A DNA stretch of 64,000 nt from Coriobacteriia bacterium (GTDB lineage: Bacteria > Actinomycetota > Coriobacteriia > WRKU01 > WQUG01). The notes below the pieces were generated by a model. It was not told the origin of the DNA, made no database searches, and saw only the letters and a program-made list of their open reading frames with translations. Both the position numbers and the translations under genes were made by a program. The stretch is from contig WQVS01000001.1 in NCBI GenBank assembly GCA_009785705.1, forward strand, positions 6,689-70,688. Direction: 5' to 3'. Every line of letters starts with the position of its first letter. Position 1 is the stretch's first letter. Shown one piece after another: positions 27,798-37,947 of the stretch.

Positions 27798-28017
27798 CCC
27801 CTGCTTGCTGGGCTTCAATTGTCGAAAAGCAAGTAATTACCCGGAAAACTGAATACTGATTATGAATGGGCGTTATTGATTCCCATGACTGACCTGTGAT
27901 TATCGGCAGACTTTGTTATTCGCTGATTTTCTAGTCTTGAGTCGTGCCAGTCGTGCGTCTTTGTATCTCACTTTCATCATCGCATAATGAATTTTGATAC
28001 ATATTAAAGGAGTAGAT

Positions 28018-28902
28018 ATGTCTAGTTTTTCACGCACTAAAAAAGGAATTATAAGGCTCGTCACACTCAGTATTCTCGCAGGACTTTTGCTCATTTTTGC
28101 TGCCTGCACAAGTCCAGAAGAAAGCCCTGAGGTAGAAGAAGTTGCTACCGCCCCTGTTGAAGTAACTAACATGGTTTTAGCTTCAACTACTTCCACACAG
28201 GACTCGGGACTTTTCGAAGCTCTTATTCCCGCCTTTGAAGATGCTCATCCAGAAGTAAACGTTCAAGTTATTGCTGTTGGTAGCGGGGAAGCCATGGAAA
28301 TGGGTCGCAGAGGCGACGCTGACCTCCTTCTCGTTCACTCACCTGCAGCAGAAATCACCTTCATGGAAGAAGGCTATGGTTTAGAGCGCAGTCCTGTAAT
28401 GTATAACGATTTCATCATCATAGGGCCAGAAGATGACCCTGCCGATGTCGCAAGTAGTGCTGATGCAGCTGAAGCTTTTGCGCGCATTGCAGAATCAGAA
28501 TCCACCTTCGTTTCTCGTGGGGACGATTCAGGAACACATGCAAGAGAGATGTCCATTTGGGACTTGGCTGAGATAGAGCCAGAGGGCGATTGGTATCAGG
28601 AATCTGGACAAGGCATGGGCGCAACACTGCAAATAGCCGAAGAATTCCAAGCCTATACGCTTACTGATAGAGCAACTTATCTGAATCTCAATAATGAAGG
28701 CGTGCTAGAACTACCTATCTTAAGTGAGGGCTCAAATGAGCTTCTGAATTTCTATCATGTGATAACTCTCGTTGATGCAAGAGAACAAGCAGCAGCGCAA
28801 GCTTTTGCCGACTGGATTATCAGCCCTGCAGGTCAAGAAGTCATCGCTGGCTTTGGTGTAGAGGACTTTGGTGCTCCTCTCTTTACCCCGAACGCTGACT
28901 AG
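28018..28902 (+). CDS. tupA: Tungstate ABC transporter substrate-binding protein TupA
   Basis: TupA-specific TTSTQDSGL motif and a signal peptide. RBS AAAGGAG precedes ATG 28018. Confidence 0.85.
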   Translation: MSSFSRTKKGIIRLVTLSILAGLLLIFAACTSPEESPEVEEVATAPVEVTNMVLASTTSTQDSGLFEALIPAFEDAHPEVNVQVIAVGSGEAMEMGRRGDADLLLVHSPAAEITFMEEGYGLERSPVMYNDFIIIGPEDDPADVASSADAAEAFARIAESESTFVSRGDDSGTHAREMSIWDLAEIEPEGDWYQESGQGMGATLQIAEEFQAYTLTDRATYLNLNNEGVLELPILSEGSNELLNFYHVITLVDAREQAAAQAFADWIISPAGQEVIAGFGVEDFGAPLFTPNAD

Positions 28903-28952
28903 CAATTAAGGAATTGACCTTATATGACTAATCAGCAGAAAAGACAAGGCAC

Positions 28953-29681
28953 ATGAATCTTTCAGGACTACGCCTTTTTAGCGATGCCTTCGCGGATGGA
29001 TTTTCTTTGCTCGCGCAGGGTACCGTTGACTTGTGGAACATCATCCTTACTTCTCTGCAGGTCTCAGGTTTCGCAACAGGCATTGCTGTTGTTATCGGTA
29101 TTCCTGCTGGTTACTGGTTAGGGTCACGCAGAAATGTCCGCAGATTCACAGCTCTTGTCATAGCGAATGCTGGAATGGGCCTGCCACCTATCGTGGCAGG
29201 CCTTTTTGTATCGATGCTGCTTTCAAGAAGTGGTGTTTTTGGTGAACTGGGCTTGCTCTACACCAGACCAGCAATAGTTATTGTTCAAGTCGTTATCGCA
29301 ACTCCTGTCGTAGTGGCACTTACAGCGTCAGGTATATCTGCAGTTCCTGCACAACTTCGTCTGCAGGCGCGCTCACTGGGGGCAGGTCGCTTCCAAGAAA
29401 TTGCTCTTGCAGTGCGCGAGGCACGTCTCTCTATCCTGGGTGCTATTGCAGGTGGTTTTGGTGCAGTCATTAGTGAGGTAGGTGCTGTGCAAATGGTGGG
29501 GGGTAATCTGGCTGGACAGACTCAGGTTATGACAACAGCAATCATGCAGTATACGCGCATGGGCAGATTTGGCGTTGCTATGGCACTTTCAGTGATACTA
29601 CTCTCCATCATCATAGTAGTCAATGTCATCATAACTCGTGAACAGCTTCGTGATGAACGCTATACGAAGGCGCTCTCATGA
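28953..29681 (+). CDS. tupB: Tungstate ABC transporter permease TupB
   Basis: Type-I ABC permease fold with an EAA-like loop. Confidence 0.8.
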   Translation: MNLSGLRLFSDAFADGFSLLAQGTVDLWNIILTSLQVSGFATGIAVVIGIPAGYWLGSRRNVRRFTALVIANAGMGLPPIVAGLFVSMLLSRSGVFGELGLLYTRPAIVIVQVVIATPVVVALTASGISAVPAQLRLQARSLGAGRFQEIALAVREARLSILGAIAGGFGAVISEVGAVQMVGGNLAGQTQVMTTAIMQYTRMGRFGVAMALSVILLSIIIVVNVIITREQLRDERYTKALS

Positions 29682-30571
29682 TGGTAGATATGGCAAAGAC
29701 AGTAGCAATAGCAACAACAGCGGCGACTACTGCAAGGGCAACATCAGTGAAAACTGCAACAAAAGATATGAGAGTAATCAGTTCGCAAGAAGCTGACTAC
29801 AAGCTAGTGGCAGAAGGTCTTGCACTCCACTATCCTGATTTCTCTCTACAGATTGAGCGCTTCGGTCTCAAATCGGGTGAGATTGTAGCCCTTCTCGGGC
29901 CATCAGGTAGCGGCAAATCAACTTTGCTCATGTGTATGGCAGGACTCGAAAGCCCCAAAGAGGGCACAGTCTTTTTGGACGGGATCCAGCTTAGTCGCAG
30001 TCTTGCACAAAAGAGCATAGCAACCGTATTTCAGACGCCCTATCTCTTCAAGGGAAACGTTGGTTATAACGTGGCCTATGGTCTACGCATGCGCAAATTG
30101 CCAAAACAAGAGATTAAAGCGCGGGTAGCAGAGGTACTTGACCTAGTGGGACTCAAGGGCTGGGAACGCAGGTCAATCCTTGGACTTTCAGGGGGAGAAG
30201 CTCAGCGTGTTGCTCTTGCAAGGGGGTTGGTGCTTAGTCCCCAAGTCATGATGCTGGACGAACCCCTCTCATCTCTTGATGAGGCCTTGCGCAAAACGCT
30301 GTCAGTAGAATTCTCAGAAATCCTACGCAGCCAAAAGATTACGGTGCTCTACGTGACCCATTCAAAACAGGAAGCTTTCACTGTTTCAGATAGTGTGGCC
30401 ATTATGAAGTCAGGCCGCATTTTGGTGCATGACAGGCTGAAAAATCTGTTTAATGACCTGCAAGACGAATGGGTACAGGATTTCTTAGCTCCCGATGATT
30501 GGTGGCTAAAATTCAAAGAATCGGGGAACCAAGCAAGCAGTCAGGCTAAACAAACAAAGGAGTCACAATGA
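29678..30571 (+). CDS. tupC: Tungstate ABC transporter ATP-binding protein TupC
   Basis: Walker A GPSGSGKST, signature LSGGEAQRV and Walker B MLDEP. Confidence 0.8.
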   Translation: MMVDMAKTVAIATTAATTARATSVKTATKDMRVISSQEADYKLVAEGLALHYPDFSLQIERFGLKSGEIVALLGPSGSGKSTLLMCMAGLESPKEGTVFLDGIQLSRSLAQKSIATVFQTPYLFKGNVGYNVAYGLRMRKLPKQEIKARVAEVLDLVGLKGWERRSILGLSGGEAQRVALARGLVLSPQVMMLDEPLSSLDEALRKTLSVEFSEILRSQKITVLYVTHSKQEAFTVSDSVAIMKSGRILVHDRLKNLFNDLQDEWVQDFLAPDDWWLKFKESGNQASSQAKQTKESQ

Positions 30572-31863
30572 CACATACCAGCCTTAGTTTTGACAGAGCA
30601 CTTAAGCGTTGGCTTTCAACGATAGAGAGACTAGACCCAGAGACGGTACTCTTGGATGAATCTTTGGGACGTATTCTTGCCGCCGACCTCTCCAGTGATA
30701 TTGATGTGTCACCCTTCGACAATTCGGCGATGGATGGATTTGCTCTGCGCGCAAGAGACATTGCAAAGGCGAGTCCTGCCACACCTATCGATTTAGAGGT
30801 AGTTACCTGTATCGCTGCGGGCGACTATTGGGAGGGAACTCTTCAAGCAAGACAGGCCGCACGCATCATGACGGGTGCCCCGCTACCAGCAGGTGCCGAC
30901 ATCGTTGTTAAAGTTGAAGATACGACGAAGGCTGATAGTGACCAGCATGTTCGTTTTAGCTCGGCTGCATCCAGAGGCCTCAACATTCGCCTTAGGGGCG
31001 AAGAGATTAAAGCGGGGGAGCGCGTACTTGCTTCTGGCGAATATCTTGGCCCTGCAGCGGTCGGACTTTTAGCAGCAACGGGATATGTACAGGTGCCCGT
31101 GTTCAGGCAACCCACTGTAGCCATTATCTCAACAGGGGAAGAACTCATCCCTGTGGGTGACACACCAACACGCGGCAAGATTCGTAACAGCAATTCACAT
31201 TCACTAGCGGCTCAGGCTCAGGCCGCAGGTGCAAGGGTGCGCCAGTATGCAAGCATTCCCGACACACTTGAGGACACCGTTGCAACGTTTAGGCAGGCAA
31301 GCACAGAATGCGACATCATCATATCAAGCGGTGGCGTATCAGTAGGAGACTTCGACTTTGTGGAAGAGGCTGTCCAATCACTGGGTGATTTGCACTTCTC
31401 CACCGTCAAAATGCGGCCAGGCAAACCTCAGGTAACAGGCATGATTAACAAACTCCCTTTCTTTGGATTGCCTGGAAATCCCACTTCTGCCTATTTGGGC
31501 TTTGAGCTCTTTGTTCGTCCAGCGATTCTCAAAATGGCAGGACATACTCGCTTGCAAAGACCTGTCCAAACAGCAGTACTAAGTCACGACATTAAAAAAC
31601 GTCAGGGCTTGCGCTATTTCATGCGCGGCAGAGTACGTCTAGCAGATATTCAGGAACCAGCAGAACCTTCTTCTTCTGCGAACGCACAGGACAGGGCGCA
31701 CAGTCATCTTGTGCAGGTCACGGGAAATCAGTCAAGCGCACTGCTAGGTTCACTCCATGAAGCTAATTGTCTTCTTGTTCTGCCTGAAGAAGAGACAGAG
31801 CTAAAAGCAGGAACAGTTGTTAAATGTATTCGTCTTGATATGGAAGAAAGGGTGGAACTGTAA
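30568..31863 (+). CDS. moeA: Molybdopterin molybdenum/tungsten transferase MoeA
   Basis: MoeA motifs (SPFDNSAMDGFA; GGVSVGD). Confidence 0.9.
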   Translation: MTHTSLSFDRALKRWLSTIERLDPETVLLDESLGRILAADLSSDIDVSPFDNSAMDGFALRARDIAKASPATPIDLEVVTCIAAGDYWEGTLQARQAARIMTGAPLPAGADIVVKVEDTTKADSDQHVRFSSAASRGLNIRLRGEEIKAGERVLASGEYLGPAAVGLLAATGYVQVPVFRQPTVAIISTGEELIPVGDTPTRGKIRNSNSHSLAAQAQAAGARVRQYASIPDTLEDTVATFRQASTECDIIISSGGVSVGDFDFVEEAVQSLGDLHFSTVKMRPGKPQVTGMINKLPFFGLPGNPTSAYLGFELFVRPAILKMAGHTRLQRPVQTAVLSHDIKKRQGLRYFMRGRVRLADIQEPAEPSSSANAQDRAHSHLVQVTGNQSSALLGSLHEANCLLVLPEEETELKAGTVVKCIRLDMEERVEL

Positions 31864-32966
31864 TGACACCTTTGGTGAGCAAGGGACGCACTATAGACTA
31901 TTTGCGCATCTCACTAACGGACCGCTGTGATTTGCGCTGTGTATATTGCATGGGTGCTGATGGAATAGAGGACAAGCTAGACAGAGAATTGATAATGTCT
32001 CTAGAGGACGTGGCGCAATTTGCCCGTATCGCCTGTGCAGAAGGCATTAAATATATTCGTTTGACAGGCGGTGAACCCTTAGTGCGACTAGGCATCGTTG
32101 ACCTAGTAAGGGAACTATCACAGATTCCTCAACTTGAAGACTTGTCGATGACCAGTAATGGACAGCTTTTTGGTAAATATGCTGAAGACCTGAAGAATGC
32201 TGGTTTATCTCGCATTACTTTTTCTCTAGATTCTACTGATGCGACTACCTATGAAAAGCTTACACGTGGGGGAGACCTAGTAAAGGTCTATTCAGCTATC
32301 GATGAGGCATTAAGATTGGGGTATAGCCCCGTCAAAATTAATGCGCTTGCTTACCAGCTGACAGAAGACGATTTGCTCAATTTTATACGTATGACAGAGG
32401 AGAAGCCCATACATGTCCGCTTCATCGAGTACATGCCCATAGGCTTTGTGGGCAGGGAGGCGCGCAAGTGTCCAACCCCACCCCCTTGCTTAGCCCTTTC
32501 AGCTCAGTCTACTGCAGCTGCAGACTGCTCAAATAATGCGACAGAAAGCAGGCCAGAAGCACATCAAAGCAAGCCTTTGCTGACTATGGGCCAAATTCGA
32601 GATGCAATCAATGAGCTTGCTTCTACAAGGGGCTTAAGTGAACTGAAGCCTTTAAAGAGAGAAAAGGCCCCCTTAGGGCATGGGCCAGCTAGCTCCTATG
32701 CTTTTGATGAGGCACAAGGCAGCTTTGGTTTTATCGCTGTGCATTCGCAAAATTTCTGTGCAGACTGTAACAGGCTGCGCCTTACTGCTGATGGAAAAAT
32801 TCGCTCCTGTCTCTTTTCAGATCTAGAGATTCCTATAGGGGCAGCACTGCAAACGAAAAACAGGGACAGTCTGCGAGCAAGCTTATTGCAGGCTGTAGCT
32901 AGCAAGCCATTATCATATGCACAACAGCAGGGTACAAAGCGCACTATGTCAGCCATCGGTGGCTGA
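31863..32966 (+). CDS. moaA: GTP 3',8-cyclase MoaA (radical SAM)
   Basis: CDLRCVYC radical SAM cluster motif and a C-terminal second-cluster region. It also has an insertion of about 40 aa. Confidence 0.9.
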   Translation: MTPLVSKGRTIDYLRISLTDRCDLRCVYCMGADGIEDKLDRELIMSLEDVAQFARIACAEGIKYIRLTGGEPLVRLGIVDLVRELSQIPQLEDLSMTSNGQLFGKYAEDLKNAGLSRITFSLDSTDATTYEKLTRGGDLVKVYSAIDEALRLGYSPVKINALAYQLTEDDLLNFIRMTEEKPIHVRFIEYMPIGFVGREARKCPTPPPCLALSAQSTAAADCSNNATESRPEAHQSKPLLTMGQIRDAINELASTRGLSELKPLKREKAPLGHGPASSYAFDEAQGSFGFIAVHSQNFCADCNRLRLTADGKIRSCLFSDLEIPIGAALQTKNRDSLRASLLQAVASKPLSYAQQQGTKRTMSAIGG

Positions 32967-33096
32967 GCTGTTTTGGTGGCACCTAGGTGATGTATCGTAA
33001 GGCTCACGTAGATTTTGCTTCACCTTTCGATGCATCACCTATGCACTCGCCAAAACAGCTCATATTACCTATAGATTTTATTAGGGAAGGATTATT

Positions 33097-34074
33097 ATGT
33101 TTACTCATCTTGACTCTAAGGGACAAGCTTCCATGGTTGATGTGGGGGATAAGCTCACTACTCACCGGGTGGCAATCGCTTCCTCCTTTATCCAGATGAA
33201 CAGTGCTACTCTGAATGCCATCAAGGGTGACGCTCTGAAAAAGGGCGATGTGTTAGCAACTGCACGTATCGCAGGGATTCAGGCAGCAAAGCGCTGTTCA
33301 GAACTTATCCCTCTCTGTCATCCTCTGCTCATAAGTAGGGTGGCAATAGACTTTGAATTTGTCGAAAGGGTACAGAGGGATACCAAAGCTGTTCAAGAAG
33401 GCGCTAAACCCGAACAAGACAACAAGCCCTGCGGAATACGCTGCTTTGCGACAGTCACACTGACAGGTCAAACGGGCGTAGAGATGGAGGCTCTAACAGC
33501 AGCCTCTGTGACAGTACTTACCATCTTTGACATGGCGAAAGCAGTCGATAAAAACATGAGTATCGACGCTATACGCCTTGAATACAAATCGGGGGGTAAA
33601 AGCGGTATCTTTGCAACAGGTCAGGCAGGAATGGTATTAGCCATCAACCTCTCAAAAGAAACTGGGGAGCAAAAGGTCAGTACCACAGAAGCGGTAGATT
33701 TCATTGAAGGGCATGGAATAGAGAGCGATGCCCATGCAGGGGATTGGCACAGACAGATTTCGCTTCTTGACCAATCATCAGTAGACCAGCTTATTGCAAA
33801 GGGCCTAACACTTAAGCCGGGCGACTTTGCTGAAAACATCACAACATCAGGATTTTCACTTCAGACCTTGCCTGTCGGCAGCAGACTGCGCCTAGGTCAA
33901 GCTCTGCTCGAAATCACCCAAATTGGAAAAGAATGTCATACTCGCTGCGCCATCTATCAGCAGGCAGGTGACTGCGTCATGCCACGTGACGGAGTATTTG
34001 CAGCAGTTATTGAGGGCGGCAAGGTAAGAGCTGGTGACACCATGTATCTGCTACAACAACAAAAGGAAATCTAA
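33097..34074 (+). CDS. moaC: Fusion: cyclic pyranopterin monophosphate synthase MoaC plus a MOSC domain
   Basis: The N-terminal ~160 aa are MoaC (SHLD...MVDV; CHPL). The C-terminal ~150 aa form a MOSC beta-barrel ([10 protein letters not shown]...GDFAENITT). Confidence 0.8.
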   Translation: MFTHLDSKGQASMVDVGDKLTTHRVAIASSFIQMNSATLNAIKGDALKKGDVLATARIAGIQAAKRCSELIPLCHPLLISRVAIDFEFVERVQRDTKAVQEGAKPEQDNKPCGIRCFATVTLTGQTGVEMEALTAASVTVLTIFDMAKAVDKNMSIDAIRLEYKSGGKSGIFATGQAGMVLAINLSKETGEQKVSTTEAVDFIEGHGIESDAHAGDWHRQISLLDQSSVDQLIAKGLTLKPGDFAENITTSGFSLQTLPVGSRLRLGQALLEITQIGKECHTRCAIYQQAGDCVMPRDGVFAAVIEGGKVRAGDTMYLLQQQKEI

Positions 34075-34541
34075 TGAGGTTAGCAATAATAACTTGCTCT
34101 GACACACGTAGCCTTGCTGAAGATGAAGCAGGCCACGCCCTGGCAAAGCGCATCACAGCTCGCAAGTGGGAGCTGTGCCAGCACATGGTAGTGAAAGATG
34201 ACATGCAGACAATTGAAGCTCGCTTAAAGCACTGCTCCGACGCACTAAAGGCTGATGTGATTCTGACCTGTGGCGGAACAGGTCTTAGCTCTCGTGATGT
34301 TACTCCAGAGGCTACCTTGGCTGTTGCAGATAGAGTAGTACCTGGTATAAGCGAAGCAATACGCCAGGCATCTCTTGATATCACAAAGTGCGCAATGCTT
34401 TCACGCGCAGTGAGCGTGCAACGTGGCACAACTCTTATAATAAACTTACCTGGTTCTAAGAACGCGGCGCTTGAATGCCTTTACGTGTGTATTGACCAAC
34501 TAGAGCACGCAGCAGATATGATGGCAGGGAAAGGACACTAG
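34074..34541 (+). CDS. mog: Molybdopterin adenylyltransferase MogA/MoaB
   Basis: MogA fold with the GGTG motif (LTCGGTGLSSRDVTPEA). Confidence 0.8.
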   Translation: MRLAIITCSDTRSLAEDEAGHALAKRITARKWELCQHMVVKDDMQTIEARLKHCSDALKADVILTCGGTGLSSRDVTPEATLAVADRVVPGISEAIRQASLDITKCAMLSRAVSVQRGTTLIINLPGSKNAALECLYVCIDQLEHAADMMAGKGH

Positions 34542-34550
34542 GCAGCTAGT

Positions 34551-36143
34551 ATGAGCAATATTGAAAATTTAAGTAAGCATTCGCTTCCTCTTACGGCAGT
34601 AATACTTGCAGGTGGACGTTCGCTGCGTATGGGTGTTGATAAAACACAGGTTGACCTTAGCGGAATACCCTTGCTTGCGCATGCAGTAAACAATGCTTCA
34701 GATTTTGCTAGTCAGATTATTATTGTGACAAATCGTCCCGATTCGATTGTCATAGACGACTTTCAAATAGAGGTCGAAATTGTCACCGATGAAATTGCTT
34801 ACCAGGGGCCCTTAGGTGGTCTGTCCACTGCTCTTAAGGTTGCACAAAATGAATGGGTTGTTGCTCTGGCAGCTGACATGCCTTGGGTGTCGAAGGAGGT
34901 CATTTCTGCTCTCTGGGACGCACGCGGTGATGGTAGTGCTGGGAACAACTCCAGTGGTCTCTCAGGCAATTCTGCCGATAGCCCTGTTGATAATGTCGCC
35001 ACCAACAACTTCGATGTAGTGGTTCCCGTTTCAGACAATGGTCCAGAACCTCTTCTTGCTCTCTACAGGCGGGACAGCATGCTTCAGGCTGCACAAGAGG
35101 TCTTAGACTCAGGTAAACGCCGCATCATCGCAGCCTACCCCGCCTTGCATGTACATGAGATAAACCTTGAATCCCTGCAACAAGTTGACCCCCATCTCAT
35201 ATCTTTCTACAACGTTAATACGCAGACTGACCTTATGGCAGCGCGCAAGTATGAGCAGGCGCGAAAAGCAGCAGATGAAAGAAGTCGTTCCTCAGATACA
35301 AAGGATACAGATACTGACAACAGTGCAGATGAGCTATTGGCTGCTCAAGAAATTATCCCTCACGATTTCAAGCGAGGAGACATACGAGTACTATCCCTAG
35401 AGGAAACAGGTCGCAGCATCCCTACAGAATCTCCCTTTACCATCTATCTCAATGACGTCGAGATTGCCACTGTACAGGCAAGCGATGATGACCTTGAAGA
35501 CATGGCAGTTGGATTCTTGCTTGCAGAGGGTCTATTGCACGACAGGTCTGCGTTCAAGTCAGTTGACCTCGATGCAAAGAGGGGTCTTATCTATGTAGGC
35601 TCAGATGAACTTGTCCCCGAAGATTTGGTATACCGTACACGCTACATTACCTCTGGTTGTGGCAAAGGAATAACTTTCTCAAGTCTTGGTCATGCCCGTG
35701 GCCTGGAAAAGATTACCCAGGAGCTGAAAGTTTCACCGCATGACCTCTACTACTGGATGAGTGAGCTGTCCAAACGCAGTGCAGAACATAGGGAACGGGG
35801 AGGCTACCACTCCTGCGGACTTGTTCTTTCGGGGGAGCTGCAGCTAGTTCGTGAAGATATAGGACGCCATAATGCTGTTGATAAATTGCTTGGTCAGGCC
35901 TGGCTAGAAGGCATGCCCATTGGGCAGGGGATAGTGCTGGTGAGCGGACGCATCTCCTATGAAATGATTGTTAAGGCGGCAAAAAGTAAGATTCCCTTTA
36001 TTGCGTCAAGGTCAGCTGCAACAGATTTGGCAGCAGAGATTGCCCAGGACTTAGGTATTACTTTAGTGGGTTATGTGCGCGGAGGGAAGATGGTTGCCTA
36101 CACTCATCCAGAGCGCATAGCAAATGAGGGATCAGATGCCTGA
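34551..36143 (+). CDS. Fusion: MobA (Mo-cofactor guanylyltransferase) plus FdhD (sulfurtransferase for formate dehydrogenase)
   Basis: The N-terminus has the MobA motif LAGGRSLRMGVDK. After a low-complexity linker comes an FdhD domain (GRHNAVDKLLGQAWLEG with a Cys-bearing loop). Confidence 0.8.
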   Translation: MSNIENLSKHSLPLTAVILAGGRSLRMGVDKTQVDLSGIPLLAHAVNNASDFASQIIIVTNRPDSIVIDDFQIEVEIVTDEIAYQGPLGGLSTALKVAQNEWVVALAADMPWVSKEVISALWDARGDGSAGNNSSGLSGNSADSPVDNVATNNFDVVVPVSDNGPEPLLALYRRDSMLQAAQEVLDSGKRRIIAAYPALHVHEINLESLQQVDPHLISFYNVNTQTDLMAARKYEQARKAADERSRSSDTKDTDTDNSADELLAAQEIIPHDFKRGDIRVLSLEETGRSIPTESPFTIYLNDVEIATVQASDDDLEDMAVGFLLAEGLLHDRSAFKSVDLDAKRGLIYVGSDELVPEDLVYRTRYITSGCGKGITFSSLGHARGLEKITQELKVSPHDLYYWMSELSKRSAEHRERGGYHSCGLVLSGELQLVREDIGRHNAVDKLLGQAWLEGMPIGQGIVLVSGRISYEMIVKAAKSKIPFIASRSAATDLAAEIAQDLGITLVGYVRGGKMVAYTHPERIANEGSDA

Positions 36144-37548
36144 TTTTATCTATCTAGACCAAGCTGCGACTAGCTGGCCAAAACCGCAAGCTGTCGCTGA
36201 TACCATGCTTGATGCCCTGAATATTCCTGGTAGCCCCAGTCGCAGTGCGCATATAGGAGCACGGAGGGCAGAGCAGCTACTGACTCAATCACGGAAAACA
36301 GCCGCAGCATTTTTGGGAGTAAAGAATCCTCATAACTTAATTTTTGTCCCGGGTGCGACCTTTGGATTGAATGTGGTTCTTAGAGGTGCTTACCAGCAGT
36401 TTTCAAATACGCGTAACAAAAACATAGTTAGTGAAAATGCTAAGAATGCCAAGAAAGATGTTAGCACCTCAGGCGCTACAGCTGCCATCGCGAGCATTGC
36501 TTACAGTGGTGGCGAACACAATGCTGTCACGCGCACCCTAGCAGAATGTGTACAAGCTCAGAAATCTGTTCAGGACCTTAATCGAAATCAAGTCAAGACA
36601 GAAGCAGAAACAGAAATCGAAGCAGAAGCAAAAGCAGAAGCAAGAAATTCTCAAGCACTCATTGAAATCCCCCTAGAATCTAATGGACGACTTTGCCTTA
36701 GGCGTACTGAAGAAATACTTAAAGATACGCGTCCCTTCGCTTTTGTTTGTCAGCATGCCTCTAATGTTACGGGCATTATTAATCCTATTGAGAAGATTGC
36801 CCAGGTATGTTCAAGGCTAGATATTGCCCTTATTGTTGATGCTTCGCAGACTGCAGGGCATTTGCCTATGCAGTTAGACGACCTAGCTCAGATAGGCATG
36901 AGTGCTTGGGTATGTCCGGGGCACAAGGGCCTTATGGGACCAGCAGGAAGCGGTCTCGTATACTTAGCAGAAAACTTTAAGCCGCGCCCGCTAGTGACGG
37001 GTGGTACAGGTAGCGGTGAACACTTCATTGATTATGGTGACGAATGCGACACTATAGAGCGACCCGCTGATTACGAGGCAGGAACCCTGGCGCTTCCAGC
37101 AATAGCAGGACTAGCAGCAGGAATATCTTGTATAGCTGAAAGCTTTGAGGAAGATTCCTGTTATGTCAACGGACTGACGGAGCAAATGCTAAATGGTCTT
37201 GCAAGCATTAAGGGGATACAAATCTTAGGCCTACCTTGTGCTGATGGCAAAGAGGACATCCAGGCCCAAGGTAATAGCCATTCTTCCTATCGCCTGCCGC
37301 TGGTCTCAATTGTGGCAGATGACATTCCCTCGAGTGAACTCGCCTTTCTGCTAGATGCTCGCTACATAGCAGCGCGTGCAGAATTTCATTGTGCACCTCT
37401 TACTCATAGGTACCTAAACACCTACCCCGATGGGGCTCTGCGTCTTAGCTGGAACGTCAGTAATGCTCCCAGAGAAATCGAGGCGGCCATAGCTGCCATC
37501 AAGGAAATAGTGAATTGCAAATCAAGGGATAGTTATGTGCATGACTGA
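36136..37548 (+). CDS. Cysteine desulfurase-family class V aminotransferase with an Ala/Glu-rich insertion. It is the likely sulfur donor for FdhD.
   Basis: NifS/IscS-like N-terminus (YLDQAATSWPKP), a PLP Lys region (GHKGLMGPAGSG) and a C-terminal Cys loop. The start is ATG 36124 or 36136. Confidence 0.7.
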   Translation: MPDFIYLDQAATSWPKPQAVADTMLDALNIPGSPSRSAHIGARRAEQLLTQSRKTAAAFLGVKNPHNLIFVPGATFGLNVVLRGAYQQFSNTRNKNIVSENAKNAKKDVSTSGATAAIASIAYSGGEHNAVTRTLAECVQAQKSVQDLNRNQVKTEAETEIEAEAKAEARNSQALIEIPLESNGRLCLRRTEEILKDTRPFAFVCQHASNVTGIINPIEKIAQVCSRLDIALIVDASQTAGHLPMQLDDLAQIGMSAWVCPGHKGLMGPAGSGLVYLAENFKPRPLVTGGTGSGEHFIDYGDECDTIERPADYEAGTLALPAIAGLAAGISCIAESFEEDSCYVNGLTEQMLNGLASIKGIQILGLPCADGKEDIQAQGNSHSSYRLPLVSIVADDIPSSELAFLLDARYIAARAEFHCAPLTHRYLNTYPDGALRLSWNVSNAPREIEAAIAAIKEIVNCKSRDSYVHD

Positions 37549-37663
37549 CCTTTGCTTGCAAATAGGACTTCAGCAGCAAGGAAATAGCTTTGCTATTGCT
37601 TAAAAATATTTTAGAGAGTATATGAACTATTGTGTCAATTGAGTAAAAGGCTTAGAATGGTTA

Positions 37664-37817
37664 CTAGTGTGTAGATGCTTGCTTTTTCAGAAGTTTTCTA
37701 CTTTTAATGTGCCGCCCTTCAAATGCTAAAGGCACCCTACATAGGTAACATGCGTAGTTCGGATAACTGCGTTTGTATATAAAGTTTCTAGGTTACGATT
37801 TTTGTGAGAAGAAAGGA
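37664..37817 (+). promoter_or_regulatory. Conserved non-coding element, copy 2, in the leader of the fdh operon
   Basis: Same conserved blocks as copy 1. The 49-nt core at 37753-37801 differs from copy 1 only at 37790 (A versus C). Confidence 0.4.
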
Positions 37818-37947
37818 CTCACTACCTGCAAAAATTATGCCAGTGCGAAGCTGGATGATTTCTGTCAAATTTCATTTTGCGGGTAAACCATGAAACAACT
37901 GAATATTTGGTTCTTAAATGAACTGCATCTTCTTGGAAGGAGAATGT

